Made by a program: the position numbers and the translations under genes
Origin: the human T2T-CHM13v2.0 reference genome, Homo sapiens
Strand: one strand, 5' to 3'
Assembly: GCF_009914755.1 (NCBI RefSeq)
Contig: NC_060930.1
Length of the DNA: 64,000 nt
Shown here: positions 1-13,450 of the stretch, in pieces
Position numbering within the stretch: the stretch's first letter is position 1
Layout of the letters: each line of letters opens with the position of its first letter
Notes under the pieces: generated by a model
Seen by the model: only the letters and a program-made list of their open reading frames with translations
Database searches by the model: none
What the model was told of the DNA's origin: nothing

Positions 1-189
1 ACATTGACGGAATATGGCAATCCCCAGATATTGGAAAAATTATATTCTTTCCCTTCATAGGTATTTGGCTCCAGTCAACTCCCAGAATCATGGCAACTAA
101 ACTCTAATTTGAGAAAATAATGAAAGAGTGTAAATCACATTCCACTTTTTGAAACTTCATAATCTATGTGCTCTGGTCCCTCATTTTAG

Positions 190-240
190 AGTTATTTGAA
201 AAAGTTTGTCTACGGCATACACAGAATAAGTTTATGATGT
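190..240 (+). other. Candidate 51-nt internal exon (phase 1/1; xLFEKVCLRHTQNKFMM)
   Basis: Acceptor gtgctctggtccctcattttAG ends at 189 and donor TGT|GTGAGT starts at 241. Length is a multiple of 3 and only one phase is stop-free. Motif evidence only. Confidence 0.3.
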
Positions 241-824
241 GTGAGTATATGATGGACTTGGGAGATGTTTCATTACAACAAAGTCTCCAATGTTTTTCTG
301 AAAAGGGGCTCATTTTGACTTTTCTGAAATTTTTAATGAGTGGAGGATGGAATTTGAGGTTAAAGGTATTGATTATAAATGTAACATTGGGTTGCAAATA
401 GAATTATCCATAAATTTGCTGTATCATAAATGCTACTGCAGTCGGTCTAAACACTGGACATGAATTTATGTGTTACTTTGTACAAAATGGTGAAAAAAAT
501 ACTATATATCCAATTGATTGACAAAAGCCCAAGAAGCTTGTTAAAAGGGCTGGCTAAGCATATTTGTGAAGACAAATATTTTTAAATGTCCATTAGAGTA
601 ACTTCAACATAACTAAGTAAATCAGAAGAACTAGGATTATGTTTACTCTTTAAATTTGCTAAAACAGAGGTCAATGATTATTGATCTTGATTGGCTGTCT
701 CCGCTCTTTTTCTTACCTTTCCTTTTATTCTTCTTATGCTTCAATTTTTTACCGTTCTTTTTTTTTTTTAAGTGATCACGCATTAACTTCAAATGACTGG
801 ATTCTAACACTGGTTTCTTTGCAG

Positions 825-833
825 GGCATAGAG
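825..833 (+). other. Candidate 9-nt microexon GGCATAGAG
   Basis: Branch-point-like ttCTAAC at 802-808, acceptor ggtttctttgcAG ending at 824, donor GAG|GTAAAT at 834, and a long CU-rich tract at ~697-769. Confidence 0.35.
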
Positions 834-1904
834 GTAAATTATGACTTTCCTAACCTCTTCCCTGATCCATAAACCATGAACTACCCTCCAATAGGTCTAC
901 TTTGAACCACTGGGCAATACTCTCTGAGCCACATGACTAAAATTTACAGGATTCTCTAAGTAATCTTGCAGTGTTAAGAGGGTGCCTGACTGAGCAATGA
1001 GATTTCATGATAACTCATTCGAGTCTCCTATATGGTACAGCTGAGTCTGGAACATCTTTGTTTGGAGTTCCTGAGAGGTTACAGCTATTTAACTTCATGG
1101 GGAGAATTGGAAACATGGACATATGCTTGATAAATATCCTTTAAGTAACCATGGATCACTTAGTCACTTTGGAATCTTAAATTAATGCTCTATTACTAAG
1201 GAAAAAGCCCTACTTCTTAAGTCCTTGACTTTTTTGTGTTAACTGCCAACAAATAAAAACAATAACTACAAATCCCATCCCAAGCTGAAAAGCTTAAAGC
1301 TACCCTTGTATTGAGTAAAGCCCAATGTGTTTCGTAGATAATGTGATAATGTATTTCACTGATGAAATGTGGTTGATCTTACCAAGCATCAATGAATGTA
1401 TTACCATTTTTCTACTGTTTCAATTATATTTTAGCATTGGAAGAAAAGTGGAAGACTTAGTCAATTCTGCCATGAGTAAAACTTAATGTCATTTAATTCC
1501 ATTGCGTTCCATTAAATCTGGTGAAAAAATTTATACTGTCATTTATTCCCATTCTTAATCATTAGAATGAAATGAAACATATCAGTATACTTAAAAGACC
1601 CTTGGATTATGAATTAAATACAAAATTACAATTAGAAAATAGTACAGAAGGATATTTTAAAATAGTTTAGTATAAAATCAGCAAAAAGAAAATAATAAGG
1701 CAACAGTTTGAGGTTTGATTGTTTCTTTTGTTCTTCACCTGAAAATAATTTCAAACTCTTTCACAATGCAGTGTAATACATTCTGGAAGTAATAAACATC
1801 ACACTATTTAGCTATTACTTAAGCAGCACATAAAAATAATTATACCTGGATTTAGACACAGGTTGAAGAAAATAATGGGATTACTGCTACCACATAATTT
1901 ATAA

Positions 1905-4697
1905 ATTAATTTTTAATTTTTAGGTAATTGCGAATTCACACGCAGTATAAGATGTAATATGCAGAGATCACAATACTGTGTACTCAGCTTCCCCCAATGG
2001 TAACATCTTATGATACTGTAATACACTCTCACTCTCAGGATATTCACACATGATACACGCAAGATAGAGAACATTCCCATTACCACAAACATCTCTCATG
2101 CATTTTTATTGCTACCTGCCTTTCCCTCCTGCCTGCATTCCCTCCTTAATTCCAGGCAGCCTAAATACTATGTTTATAATATTTTCATTTCAAAAATGTT
2201 GTACAACTTGAATCATATAGGGTGTAACTTTTTGGATTGGCCTTTTTACTCCATCTAATTATTTTGGAGATTCATCCAGACTGTGGCATGTATCAGTAGT
2301 TTATTCCTTTTTATTGCTGAGTGTGCAATACACGGTATGAATATTACATAGTTCAACCACTGCTTCATGAAGAACATCTGGGTTGTTTCCAGGCTATTAC
2401 ATATAAAGCTGTTATGAACAATTGTGCTCATGTCTTTGGGTGAACATGTTTTTATTTCTCTGAGAGAAATGTCCAGGAGAATAATTGCTAGGTTGTAGGA
2501 GAGTTGTTGCATGTATAGATTTTTGAGAACCTACAAGCAGTTTTCCAGAGTGGGTGGACCATTTCATGTTCCCACCTACATAGTAGGTGTGATTTGGTGG
2601 TTTCTCTGCATTCCTCCCAGCATTTTGTCTTGTAACTTTTTTTTTTAACCTTTCTGATAAATTAGATATATCATTATGATTTTAATTTAAATTTTCCAAA
2701 GGACTAATAATATTGAACATCTTTTCTTGGGCTTATTTGCCATCTGTGTATTCTCTTTAATGACATATCTCCTTATCTCTCTTACCCACTTTATAATTGA
2801 ATTGTTGTTTTTTATTTCTACTGTTAAATTTGAGAGTTTTAATATTTTCTAGACCTTTGTCAAATATGTGGTTTGCAAATATTTTCTTCCAGTCTGTAAT
2901 TTGTCATTTTGTCCTTGTAACAGGGCATTTTGCAGTACAGAAGTTTTTAATTTTGATGAAAGTCCAATTTGTCAATTTTTTTTCTATTTTTGGATGATGA
3001 TTTTAGTGTAAAATCTCAGAACTCTTTACTTAGCCTTAGATACTGAAGATTTTCTCCTACTGTTTTCTCAAAGTGTTACAGTTTTACTTTTTACAATTAA
3101 GTCCATGAGCCAATCTATTTTGAGTTTATAGGATATGAGACTTGGGTTTGGGTTCTCTCTGTCTCTCTCTCTCTTCCTCTCCCTCTCTTTTGCTTCTGAA
3201 TATCCAGTTGCTCCAGCATCATTTGTCAAAAATGCTACCTTTCCTCTATTGAATTGCTTTTGCCTCTTTGTCAAAAATTAATTGGGCATATTCGTGTGGG
3301 TCTATTTCTGGGATCTCTGTTCTATTCCACTGGTTTTTGTGTCTATGTTTTGCCAGTACCACATCATCTAAATTATTGAAGCTATAAGTCTTAACATCTA
3401 GTAGATCAATTTTTAATTCAAAATGATTTTAGCTTTCTTGATTCTTTTGCCTTTCTATGCACATTTAAAAATCAACTTGTCTATGTCTGTAAAAACACCT
3501 TGCTGGGATCTTGGTAAGATTGCTTATTGATTTAGAAAGAATTGACACCTTTGCTATGTTTAGTGCTTCATCCCATGAACATGCTATAGCTATGCATTTA
3601 TTTCAATTTTCTTTGGTTTCCTCTATTGGTCTTTTGTTTTCAACATACAAATCTTATACATGTTTTATTAGATTAACACATATATTTATTTCTTTGAGCA
3701 ATTTTAAATTGTACAGTAAATTATCTTTTATTTTAAATATTTGTGTTAATGGCTAATGTATAGAAATACAATTGATTTTTGTATATTTATCTCATATCCT
3801 GAAACCTTCATGAGCTTACTTATAAGTTCCAGAATTCTTTTATTGGTATTTTTTGTTTTTGTTCATTTTGGGTTTTTTTTTATTTTTGGGGATTTTTTAT
3901 TTAGATGATTATGTCATTTGCAAATAAGGACTGTTTTATTTCTCCCTATCCAATGTGAACACTTTCTATTGCTTTCTTGAACTAGCTAAAACTTCCAGCA
4001 TTGTTTTGATTAACAGTAGTGAGAGTGGACACTCTTGCCTTCTTTCTAGTCACAGGGAGAAAATTCAGTCTTTCACTCTTAAGTATAATGCTAACTGTAG
4101 GGTTTTTTGCAGGTACTCTTTATTAAGTCAAGGAAGTTTCTCTGTATTTCGATTTTTCCGACAGCTTTCTTTTCTTCGAAATAGATGTTACATTTTGTCA
4201 AAATTCATGTTTATTTTCCTTCTTTATTGTATTAACATGGTGGGCTACAGTGATTTTTGATTGCTGAACCAGCCTTGTGTTCTTACCGTAAACCACACGT
4301 AGTCATGATGCATAATTCTTTTCATATGTTGCTGAATTTATTTGGTAAGATTTTGCTAATTATTGTTGTGTCTGTATTAATGAGGGATATTGATCTGTAG
4401 TTTTCTGTTTGTACTGTCTTTATCTGGTTTTGGTGGTAATACTAGCTTTATGGAATGAATTGAGAAGTGTTCTCTCCTTTCTATTTTTCTGAAAGCTATT
4501 GTTTAGAATTGTCTAATTTTCTTTAAACATTTGGTAGACTTCTCCAGTAAATTCAATGAAGTCTGGAGATTTATGTTTTGGGAATTCTTAAAAATTACAA
4601 TTTCAATTTTCTTAATAGTTAAAGAGCTATTCAAATTATTTCAAATTGTTTCTTGTAACCATTTGTGTTTTTTTCAGAGGATTGTTCCATTTTGTCT
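1905..4697 (-). mobile_element. Old LINE-1 (L1MC1/2-like), 3' UTR plus decayed ORF2
   Basis: L1MC-type 3' end (cttcccccaatggtaacatctt) followed by antisense ORF2-type sequence (e.g. tatccagttgctccagcatcatttg); heavily degenerate. Confidence 0.85.
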
Positions 4698-4947
4698 AAG
4701 TGGTATCCAGCCTTTTTGGCAACAAGGACTGGTTTCATGGAAGATAATTTTTTAATGGACAGGGGAAGAGGGTGGCAGGATGGTTTTAGGATGAAACTGT
4801 TCCACCTCAGATCATCAGGCATTAGTTAGATACTCATAGAAGTGCACAACCTAGATTCCTTGCATGTGCAGTTCACAATAGGGTTTGCACTCCTGTGAGA
4901 ATCTGAGGCTGCCGCTGATCTGAAAGGAGATGGAGCTCAGGTGGTAA
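4698..4947 (+). mobile_element. MER1B (hAT-Charlie) DNA transposon, right end missing
   Basis: cctttttggcaacaaggactggtttcatggaaga...atgaaactgttccacctcagatcatcaggcattag...ggagctcaggtggtaat matches MER1B. Confidence 0.9.
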
Positions 4948-5291
4948 TATGGTTTGGCTGCGTCCCCACCCAAAATCTCATCTTGAATTGTAGTCCAAAT
5001 TGTAATCCCCACGTGTTGGGGGAGGGACCTTGTGGTAGATGATTAGAACATGTGGGCACTTCCCCCATGCTGTTCTGATGATAGTGAGTGAGTTCTCATG
5101 AGGGACTTTCTCCCCCTTATCTCTGCACTTCCCTTTCCTACTGCCCTGTGAAGAGGTGCCTTTCACCATGATTGTAAGTTTTCTGAGGGCTCCCCAGCCA
5201 TGTGGAACTGTGAGTCAACTAAATCTATTTTCTTTATAAATTACCCAGTCTTGGGTATTTCTTTATAGTAGCATGGGAACAGACTAATACA
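4945..5291 (+). mobile_element. THE1 (THE1D-like) MaLR 5' LTR
   Basis: Begins t(a)atatggtttggctg, ends gactaataca, and contains ttctttataaattacccagtc. Confidence 0.92.
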
Positions 5292-6807
5292 GTAGTTTGG
5301 TAGCAGGTAGTGGGGCACTGCTATAAAGACACCCAAAATTGTGGAAGTGACTTTGGAACTGGTTAACAGCCAGTTAACCAGGAGACGAGGGCTCAGAAGA
5401 AGAAGACAGGAAAATGTGGGAAAGTTTGGAACTTCCTAGAGACTTGTTGAATGGCTTTGACCAAAATGCTGTTAGAGATATGGAGAATTAAGTTCAGGCT
5501 GAGGTGGTCTCAGATGGAGATGAGGAACTTGTTGGGAACTGCAATAAAGGTGACTCTTGCTATGCTTTAGCAAAGAGACTGGTGGCGTTCTTCCCCTGAC
5601 CTAGAGATCTGTGGAACTTTGAAATTGAGAGAGATGATTTAGGGTATTTGGCAGAAGAAATTTCTAAGCAGCAAAGCATTCAAGAGGAATTAGAGCATAA
5701 AAGTTTGGAAAATTTGCAGCCTGACAAATGCAATAGAAAATAAAAACCCATTTTCTGGGGAGAAACTCAAGCCTGCTGCAGAAATTTGCATAAGTAACAA
5801 GGAGCTGAATGTTAATCACCGAGACAATGGGGAAAATGTCCCCAGGGCATGTCAGAGACCTTCAGTGCAGACCCTCCCATCACAGGCCTAGATGCCTACG
5901 GGAGAAAAATGGTTTCACGGGCCAGGCCCAGGGCCCTCCTGCTCTGTGAAGCCTTGGAACATGGTGCCCTGCATCCCAGCTGCTTCTGTCCCAGTCATAT
6001 TTAAAAGGGGCCAACATACAGCTCGGGCCATTGCTTCAGAGGCTGTGAGCCCCAAGCTTTGGTGCCTTACACGTGTTATTGAGCTTATGAGTACACAGAA
6101 GTCAAGAATTGTGGTTTTGGAATCTCTGCCTAGATTTCAGAGGATGTAGGGACATACCTGGATGCCCAGGCAGAAGTTTGCCACAGCAGTGGAGCCCTCA
6201 GTGAGAACCTCTGCTAGGGCAGTGGGGAAGGGAAGTGTGGGGTTGGAGCCCCCACACAGAGTCCTCACTGGGGCACTGCCTTTTGGAGCTGTGAGAAGAG
6301 GTCTACTGTCCTCCAGACCCCAGAATGGTAGATCCACCAACAGCTTGCACTGTGTGCCTGGAAAATTGCAGACACTCAATGCCAGCCCATGAAAGGAGCT
6401 GGAAGGAGGGCTGTACCCTGCAAAGTCACAGGGGCAGAGCTGCCCAAGGCCATGGAAGCTCACTTCTTGCATCAGTGTGACCTGGATGTGAGACATTAAG
6501 TCAAAGGAGATAATTTTGGAACTTTAAGCTTTAATGATTGCCCTATTAGGGCATGGGGCCTGTAGCCCCTTTGATTTGGCCAATTTCTCCCATTTGAAAT
6601 GGGTGTATTTACCGAATTTCTGTATCCCCATTGTATCTGAGAAGTCTAACTTGCTTTTGATTTTACAGGCTCATAGGTGGAAGGGATGTTTGAACTTTAA
6701 CTTTTGGGTTAATGCTGGAATGAGTTAAGACTTTGTGGGACTGTTGGGAGAGCATGGTTGTGTTTTGAAATGTGAGGACATGAGGTTTGGGAGGGGTCGG
6801 GGCAGAA
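5292..6807 (+). mobile_element. THE1 MaLR internal region
   Basis: Typical THE1-int motifs (gtgactttggaactgg, ggaaaatgtgggaaagtttggaacttcctagagac, ggagcccccacacagagtc) and a polypurine tract before the 3' LTR. Confidence 0.92.
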
Positions 6808-6888
6808 TGATATGGTTTGGCTGTGTCTCCACCCAAAATCTCATCTTGAATTGTAATCCAAATTGTAATCCCCACGTGCTGGGGAGAG
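6808..6888 (+). mobile_element. THE1 3' LTR, truncated after ~80 bp
   Basis: tgatatggtttggctgtgtctccacccaaaatctcatcttgaattg repeats the start of the 5' LTR, then similarity ends abruptly. Confidence 0.9.
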
Positions 6889-7039
6889 CTGTAGTGAATA
6901 TCAGGCTCGGATGTAACAGGAGTAATCTAGCTTGTTCTACTAGCTCTGTTGTACAACATCCTTGCTGAGATTGTGCCTAGCTAGCACCATCACAATGTAC
7001 TAGACTGGAATAATAAAGTGCGCAAATGGATCTGAGTGG

Positions 7040-7540
7040 TACAGATGGTAGATTGTATTTTATCCCTCAAAATTCTCCTGGCTCCACCTCTTAACCTAGC
7101 TACTATACTGGCTTTGATAAGCCTAGCAGTCATCCAGTGCTTCAGCTTGAGCCGTTCAACTCACCTCTTGGCTCCTGCCCTGGTCTTCTCTGATGCCTTT
7201 TCAGGACACATTCTTGAGAAGCCACTTTGCACTAATTTGTGTGCAATCCAAAAGTGGGAAAACTACCGCCTGTGGGACTCCTCTTACTCTCCTCTTTTAT
7301 CTCCTGACCAGGCAATTTTGTGATGTTTTTTCAAAGTCTCCTCAGTATTCACTGGGAGATCAAGCACCAGCTTCCCATAGCATTTGCTAAGCAGATAAAA
7401 CATTTTTGGGATGGTTTTCCTCTTCTTCTCTCTTTTATTCTTCAGCATGTACTTCTCCCTGGGACCACATTCCTGTGTGAACAAGTGCAAGCAAACCTTT
7501 GCATTAGACCCTGCTTTGGGAGTAATCCAGGCTCAGAAAG
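7040..7540 (+). mobile_element. Ancient ERVL solo LTR (LTR16-family-like)
   Basis: The 3' end ...ctgggaccacattcc...accctgctttgggagtaatccaggctcagaaa resembles the LTR16-type terminus. Confidence 0.5.
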
Positions 7541-9741
7541 AAAAGCCATCTGATGATGACTTTAAAGTGAGAAACCTCATTGCAAAATGGAGGTTTCATC
7601 TTTCAAAATTGTATACATTCTTTTTAACATAAGATAAAAAATAAACATTAAAAAATCATATTTGAACTCCTAGACTCCCAAGTAACTATGAACCACAATT
7701 TGAGAAACAGCGGTGTCAGATCTCTTTTTTAAGGAGAATTATCAGCAGTTTCATAGAACCTATGGAATGACCAATAACCTATACTATGGGTCTGGAGTTG
7801 GTCATTTGCCACAATGTAGCTGCAAAGTGCACAATTTGGTCACAATGTCCACAGTTCAATTGCTAGGGGAAAAGAAGAAAAGGGCCATTGGATAGGCAAC
7901 TAGAATACTTTGACATTGGGACATGAATGATTGATGTTAATAGATTCAAGTTTTCCCAGAATTTTGTTAGTAAATATTCATTCTTACTCAGAACCAGAAA
8001 TATCCGAATGTGCTAGACTGGTTAATACTCTGTGTTAATGGCATACATATTATGAATATTGTTTAAAAGGAAATATGAGTTTATATTTCAAAATTAATAT
8101 AGTTCCTACATGTCCTTATTTGACTTTCAGCAAAGGTAATGCTGGCTCAGGTTTTAGCAATTTACCTGCTGTTAAATGTGGCAGCATGATGTTTCAATAT
8201 TAGAAAATAGGGGAAAAAATTAAAAAGGCTTTTGTGGATTTGCATTAAGTAAGCTAAGAATATATTTTTCCATTTGTTATTAGCCATTGTTAAAGCAATT
8301 GAATTATTATACTCTTATCCATCATTGTAACATTTGGATTTATGGAGAACATAATCAGACAATAGATAAATATGAATTTTTAAAGAGAAAAATCAAGTCT
8401 ACAAATAAGAAAAAGAACAATCACCTGATTGTTATGAACCATCTGAATATAGTTTTCTAGGAATTCTTTGCTCTAAACAGACAAAAAACAAAATGACTCC
8501 CACTGGGTAAGGAAAAAAGCAATAAGATCTAAATCTTAATCAAATGTTGTTCAGATCTCTATAGCTGGGGGCTGGCTTTACAGGAACATTCAGAAAGTTG
8601 TATGTGTGTGTGTTTCAGGTCTCCATGTTACATTAAGACCTTGTGCAGGGTACAGTTACCCTCAATAATTTCATATTGTTTAACTAGAAATTCAAAGCCA
8701 GAAACAAATATTTTTGTCCTCTCTCCAAGTAAAGAATAATATCTTCATTGACTAACAAAAGAGATTCTTCTGAGCATGGATTATGCCTTTAGGCTCTAGG
8801 ATGATGCCTTTTTAGTGTCTATATGCAAACTTTAGTTGAAATTACGACCCTAATTGACAGGATTTTTAAATTGAGCACCCACAGGCCACGTTGCTACATA
8901 GTACATCGTCATTTTCTTCTACATTGAATTAATTTTCAATCAACATTGTTAAAAAAAAAAAGAACAAGAGTAGAAACTGGCTACCAATACTCTAAAGCTA
9001 TTTCAAATCCCGAAGCACAAAGCTTAATTAAGAACCAATTAATATAGAGAGTATACGTCAAAAGAAGATAAGGAAGATATGATGAGGTCAGGGTAAAAGT
9101 CGTTTCTGTTTTCTTTTGAAGCTTAGATGTATCTCAATTGTAAAATAGAGGAGAAAATAAAACATTAACTTGCTGAATCTGCTTTATTTTTAAAAATAGA
9201 AATAAAATTTACCTTTGAGGTTACTGACCCATAATCTTATTAGAGAAGAAAAAGCATCAGAAGGATTCATAAGGCACTTCTTGTAATTTCTTAGGGAATC
9301 AGGGTAGTGTTTGAATTATTAGGATCAATTTATTGTGGCATATGATGTTGTTTTGCTGAGACAGAACCACTTGCGCCACATGAACATGGAATTAGGTGTT
9401 GTTGCCACCAAAGTTCTTTCAAGTTTAGCAAGTTCATACTTTTATTTTCCAGTAATGGGTCAATTCTGTCTTCATATTGATCCATTTAAACTACTATGAA
9501 ACCTAAACCTTTGTTCTGAGTTGTGATGTCCTTATAGCCTTCACTTGAGGGTGAATGCATAATTTTCATGTTAAGTGCACCTCAGTTTTTATCTTTCTAA
9601 TCTATGACACGGAAGGTGGAAATACATGCTGTCAGTGAGGTCTTAATGCTGACAAAAATGGAAATCAAATGAGTATGGTTAATTAGAAGTCAGGTGAATA
9701 AGTACTTTAAGGAATTGGAAGTGATTAACCGTATCTTCTAG

Positions 9742-10112
9742 TGTCTCCATTTATTTGAGCTGCTGTAACAAAAAACCATAGTCTGGGCAACATAAGCAAT
9801 AGAAATTTATGTATCACAGCTCTGGGGACTGGGAAGTCCAAGATCAAGGTGCCAGCAGATTCAGTGTCTGGCAAAGCTCACTATCTGCCTCAAAGATGGT
9901 GCCTTGTTGCTCTGTTCTCACATAGTAGAAGGGTATAACGGGGCTCTGGAGCTTCCTCAAGCTTCTTATATACAGTTAGTAATCTCATCCATGAGGGCAG
10001 AGCTCTCATGACCTAATCACTTCCTAAAGGCCCCACTCTTTAATACTATTACATTGGGGGTTAGGTTTTAACATATTAATTTTGAGGGAACACCAACATG
10101 CACACCATAGCA
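9742..10112 (-). mobile_element. MaLR solo LTR (MLT1A/MSTD-like)
   Basis: ctgggaagtccaagatcaaggtgccagcagattcagtgtctgg, catgacctaatcac, and end accatagca. Confidence 0.88.
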
Positions 10113-10152
10113 TAGCTGAGAATTAGCTACTGAGTTTACAATGTGAAGGTCA

Positions 10153-11138
<986 letters not shown>

Positions 11139-11171
11139 GGGAGCAGACTGTTTTTAAAATATGGTATAATG

Positions 11172-12606
11172 TGTTCTTTGGAGAAATGTTGCTTCAAGTC
11201 CTTAGCTGATTTTAACTGGGTTAGTAGTTTTATTTTTTGCTACTGAGTTGTAGGCGTTTGTTATATATTTTGGAGATTAACTTCTTATCAGATATGTATG
11301 GTTCGCAAATATTTTCTCCAATTCCATAGATTGCCTTTTTACTCTGTTGATTGTTTCTTTCACCGTACAGAAGCTTTTTAGTTTGACCTAAGTTCAACTG
11401 GTTTATTATTATATTTGCTGTCTGTGCTGTGGTGGTATATCCATGAAATTATTGTCAAGAGAAATATCATGACCATTCTATGTTTTTTGAGAATATGTAT
11501 AGTCTTACGTTTAAAGCTTTTAACCCATTTTGAGTTGATTTTTGTATATGGTGTAAGACAGAAGTCCAATTTCATTCTTTTGCATATTGATATCCAGTTT
11601 TCCCAACACCCTTTTTTAAAGAGATTTTCCCCATTTTATATTCTCAGCACCCTTTTAGAAGACCAGTTGTCCATATATTCGTGATTTTCTTTCTGGATAT
11701 TCTGTTTTGTTCTGTTGGTCTACAAGTCTGTCATTATGCCAGTACTATATCATTTTCATTAATGATATAGGTTTGTAATGAATTTTAACATCAGGAATTG
11801 TGATGCTTCCAGAATACATAAAATAGCCAATAGGTATATAAAAATTCTTAATGTCACTAATAATTAGGGAAATGCAAATCAAAACCACAATGAGTTATCT
11901 ACTCACACCTCTTAGGATAACTAGAATCAAAAGTAAAACCAAAAAACAAGTGTTGGCAAGGATGTGGAGAAATTGAAACACTTGCACACTGTTGATAGGA
12001 ATGAATAGTATGGCGGTTTATCAGAAAATAAAAAATAGAACTACCATATGATCCAGAAATTCCACTTCTGGGTATTTATCCAAAATAATTGAAGTCAGAA
12101 TGTCAAAGAGATATAAGCACTCGTATGTTCATTGCAGCATTATTCACAATAACCAAGATGTGGAAACAATCTAAATGTCTGTTGACAAATGGATGGGTAA
12201 AGAAAATGTGGTATACACATGCAATTGAATACATTGAACCTTAAAAAGGGAAGGAAATCCTGCAAAATGTGACAACTTGGATGAACCTTGAGGACATTAT
12301 GCTAAGTGAAATAAGTCAGTCACAGGAAGACAAATACTGCATGATGCCGTTTAGATGAGGTGTTTAAAATAGTCAAATTTATAGAATCAAAGAGTAGCAA
12401 GGTGATTGTTGTGGGGAACAGAAAATGGAAAATTATGAATCAATCGGTATTAGTTTCAGTCAAGCAAGATGAATAATCTCTCTAGAGATCCACTGTACAA
12501 CATTGTAACTACAGTAAAAAATAATGTATTATACACTTAAAAATTTAAGATGGTAGATCTCATGTCAAATGTTATTTACAATAATAATAATAGTAATAAT
12601 AATAAA
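11172..12606. mobile_element. L1MA9-like element with 5' inversion (11172-11812 antisense, 11811-12606 sense)
   Basis: An antisense ORF2 block is followed by sense ORF2 end and 3' UTR (caagatgaataa...ctagagatc...tacacttaaaaattt) and an (AAT)n tail. Confidence 0.88.
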
Positions 12607-12962
12607 TGAGAATAATGGCATGTTTGTACATTAATCAGAATGATTCAGTGGAGAGGAAAAACCCGATGATGCAGGGAAGAGAGAGGCTTGGATACTTGGA
12701 CCAGTGACCTTAGGTGAGCCTGAGGGGTGGGTCTGTAGCATACAAATGAAAAGGTTGGCTCTAGATAGGCACGATGATCATTTGCCTATGGTAGCAGGAG
12801 GAAAAGCAAGGATACTGTGCTCTGACTGCTTCAGTGTCTCAGTAAAATCTCAAGCAAGCTCATCAGCAGAGAGTGGGATGGAAGAAGTTGTATTAGTGTG
12901 TTGAAAGTCAAAGACATTTCTCTATTAAGGGTTTAATTGATTTTTGTTGTCATTGATTACTG

Positions 12963-13130
12963 CAAGGGTTGGCAACTTTTTCTGGAAAGAATCACATATT
13001 TTAGGCTTTGTGGTCCCTGTAGTCTTTATTATAACTACATGATGTTACCATTGTAGTAGAAATCTTCTACGGACAATATGTAAACTGGAGCTGCCATAGA
13101 CTATACATAAACTGACAGTTTTCCTCCTCC
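12963..13130. mobile_element. MER58A (hAT-Charlie) remnant
   Basis: caagggttggcaactttt...atattttaggctttgtgg...gctgccatagac. Confidence 0.7.
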
Positions 13131-13267
13131 CTTCTTAAAGACCGTGTTCAAATGCCATTGCCTCATTGAAGTGTTGCATGATTTTCTTGGGCATAATCAG
13201 TCAGGATTCTTTCTGGGGTCCTAGATCCTCTGTTGAACACCTTTCTTCCACATTCTTCACACTGTAC

Positions 13268-13450
13268 TGTAAGTACTGGAGCTAGTTTGCCTTGGTTCAA
13301 GAGAACCGAATATTAAATTTTCTGGAATTCTTTGAGTCAGTTAAGGTACCATCAGCAGCTTGAAATCACACAAATTGGCAAACTCTACAAATAAAGGGTT
13401 CCCTCACTCCCAAGTGCCAGTTATTAAACATTTATTTGCCGGGTCACTCA
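13268..13450. mobile_element. MER63A (hAT-Blackjack) remnant
   Basis: gagaaccgaatattaaattttctggaatt...gcttgaaatc...ggcaaactctacaaat...ccagttattaaacattta. Confidence 0.7.

Noticed and set aside
1910-1929. ttttTAG|GTAATT recursive-site-like motif
   Set aside because: It is formed by the antisense tail of an L1MC, and the donor is weaker.
5892-6968. Cluster of ORFs up to 119 aa
   Set aside because: They lie within the THE1 internal region and LTR; decayed MaLR sequence.
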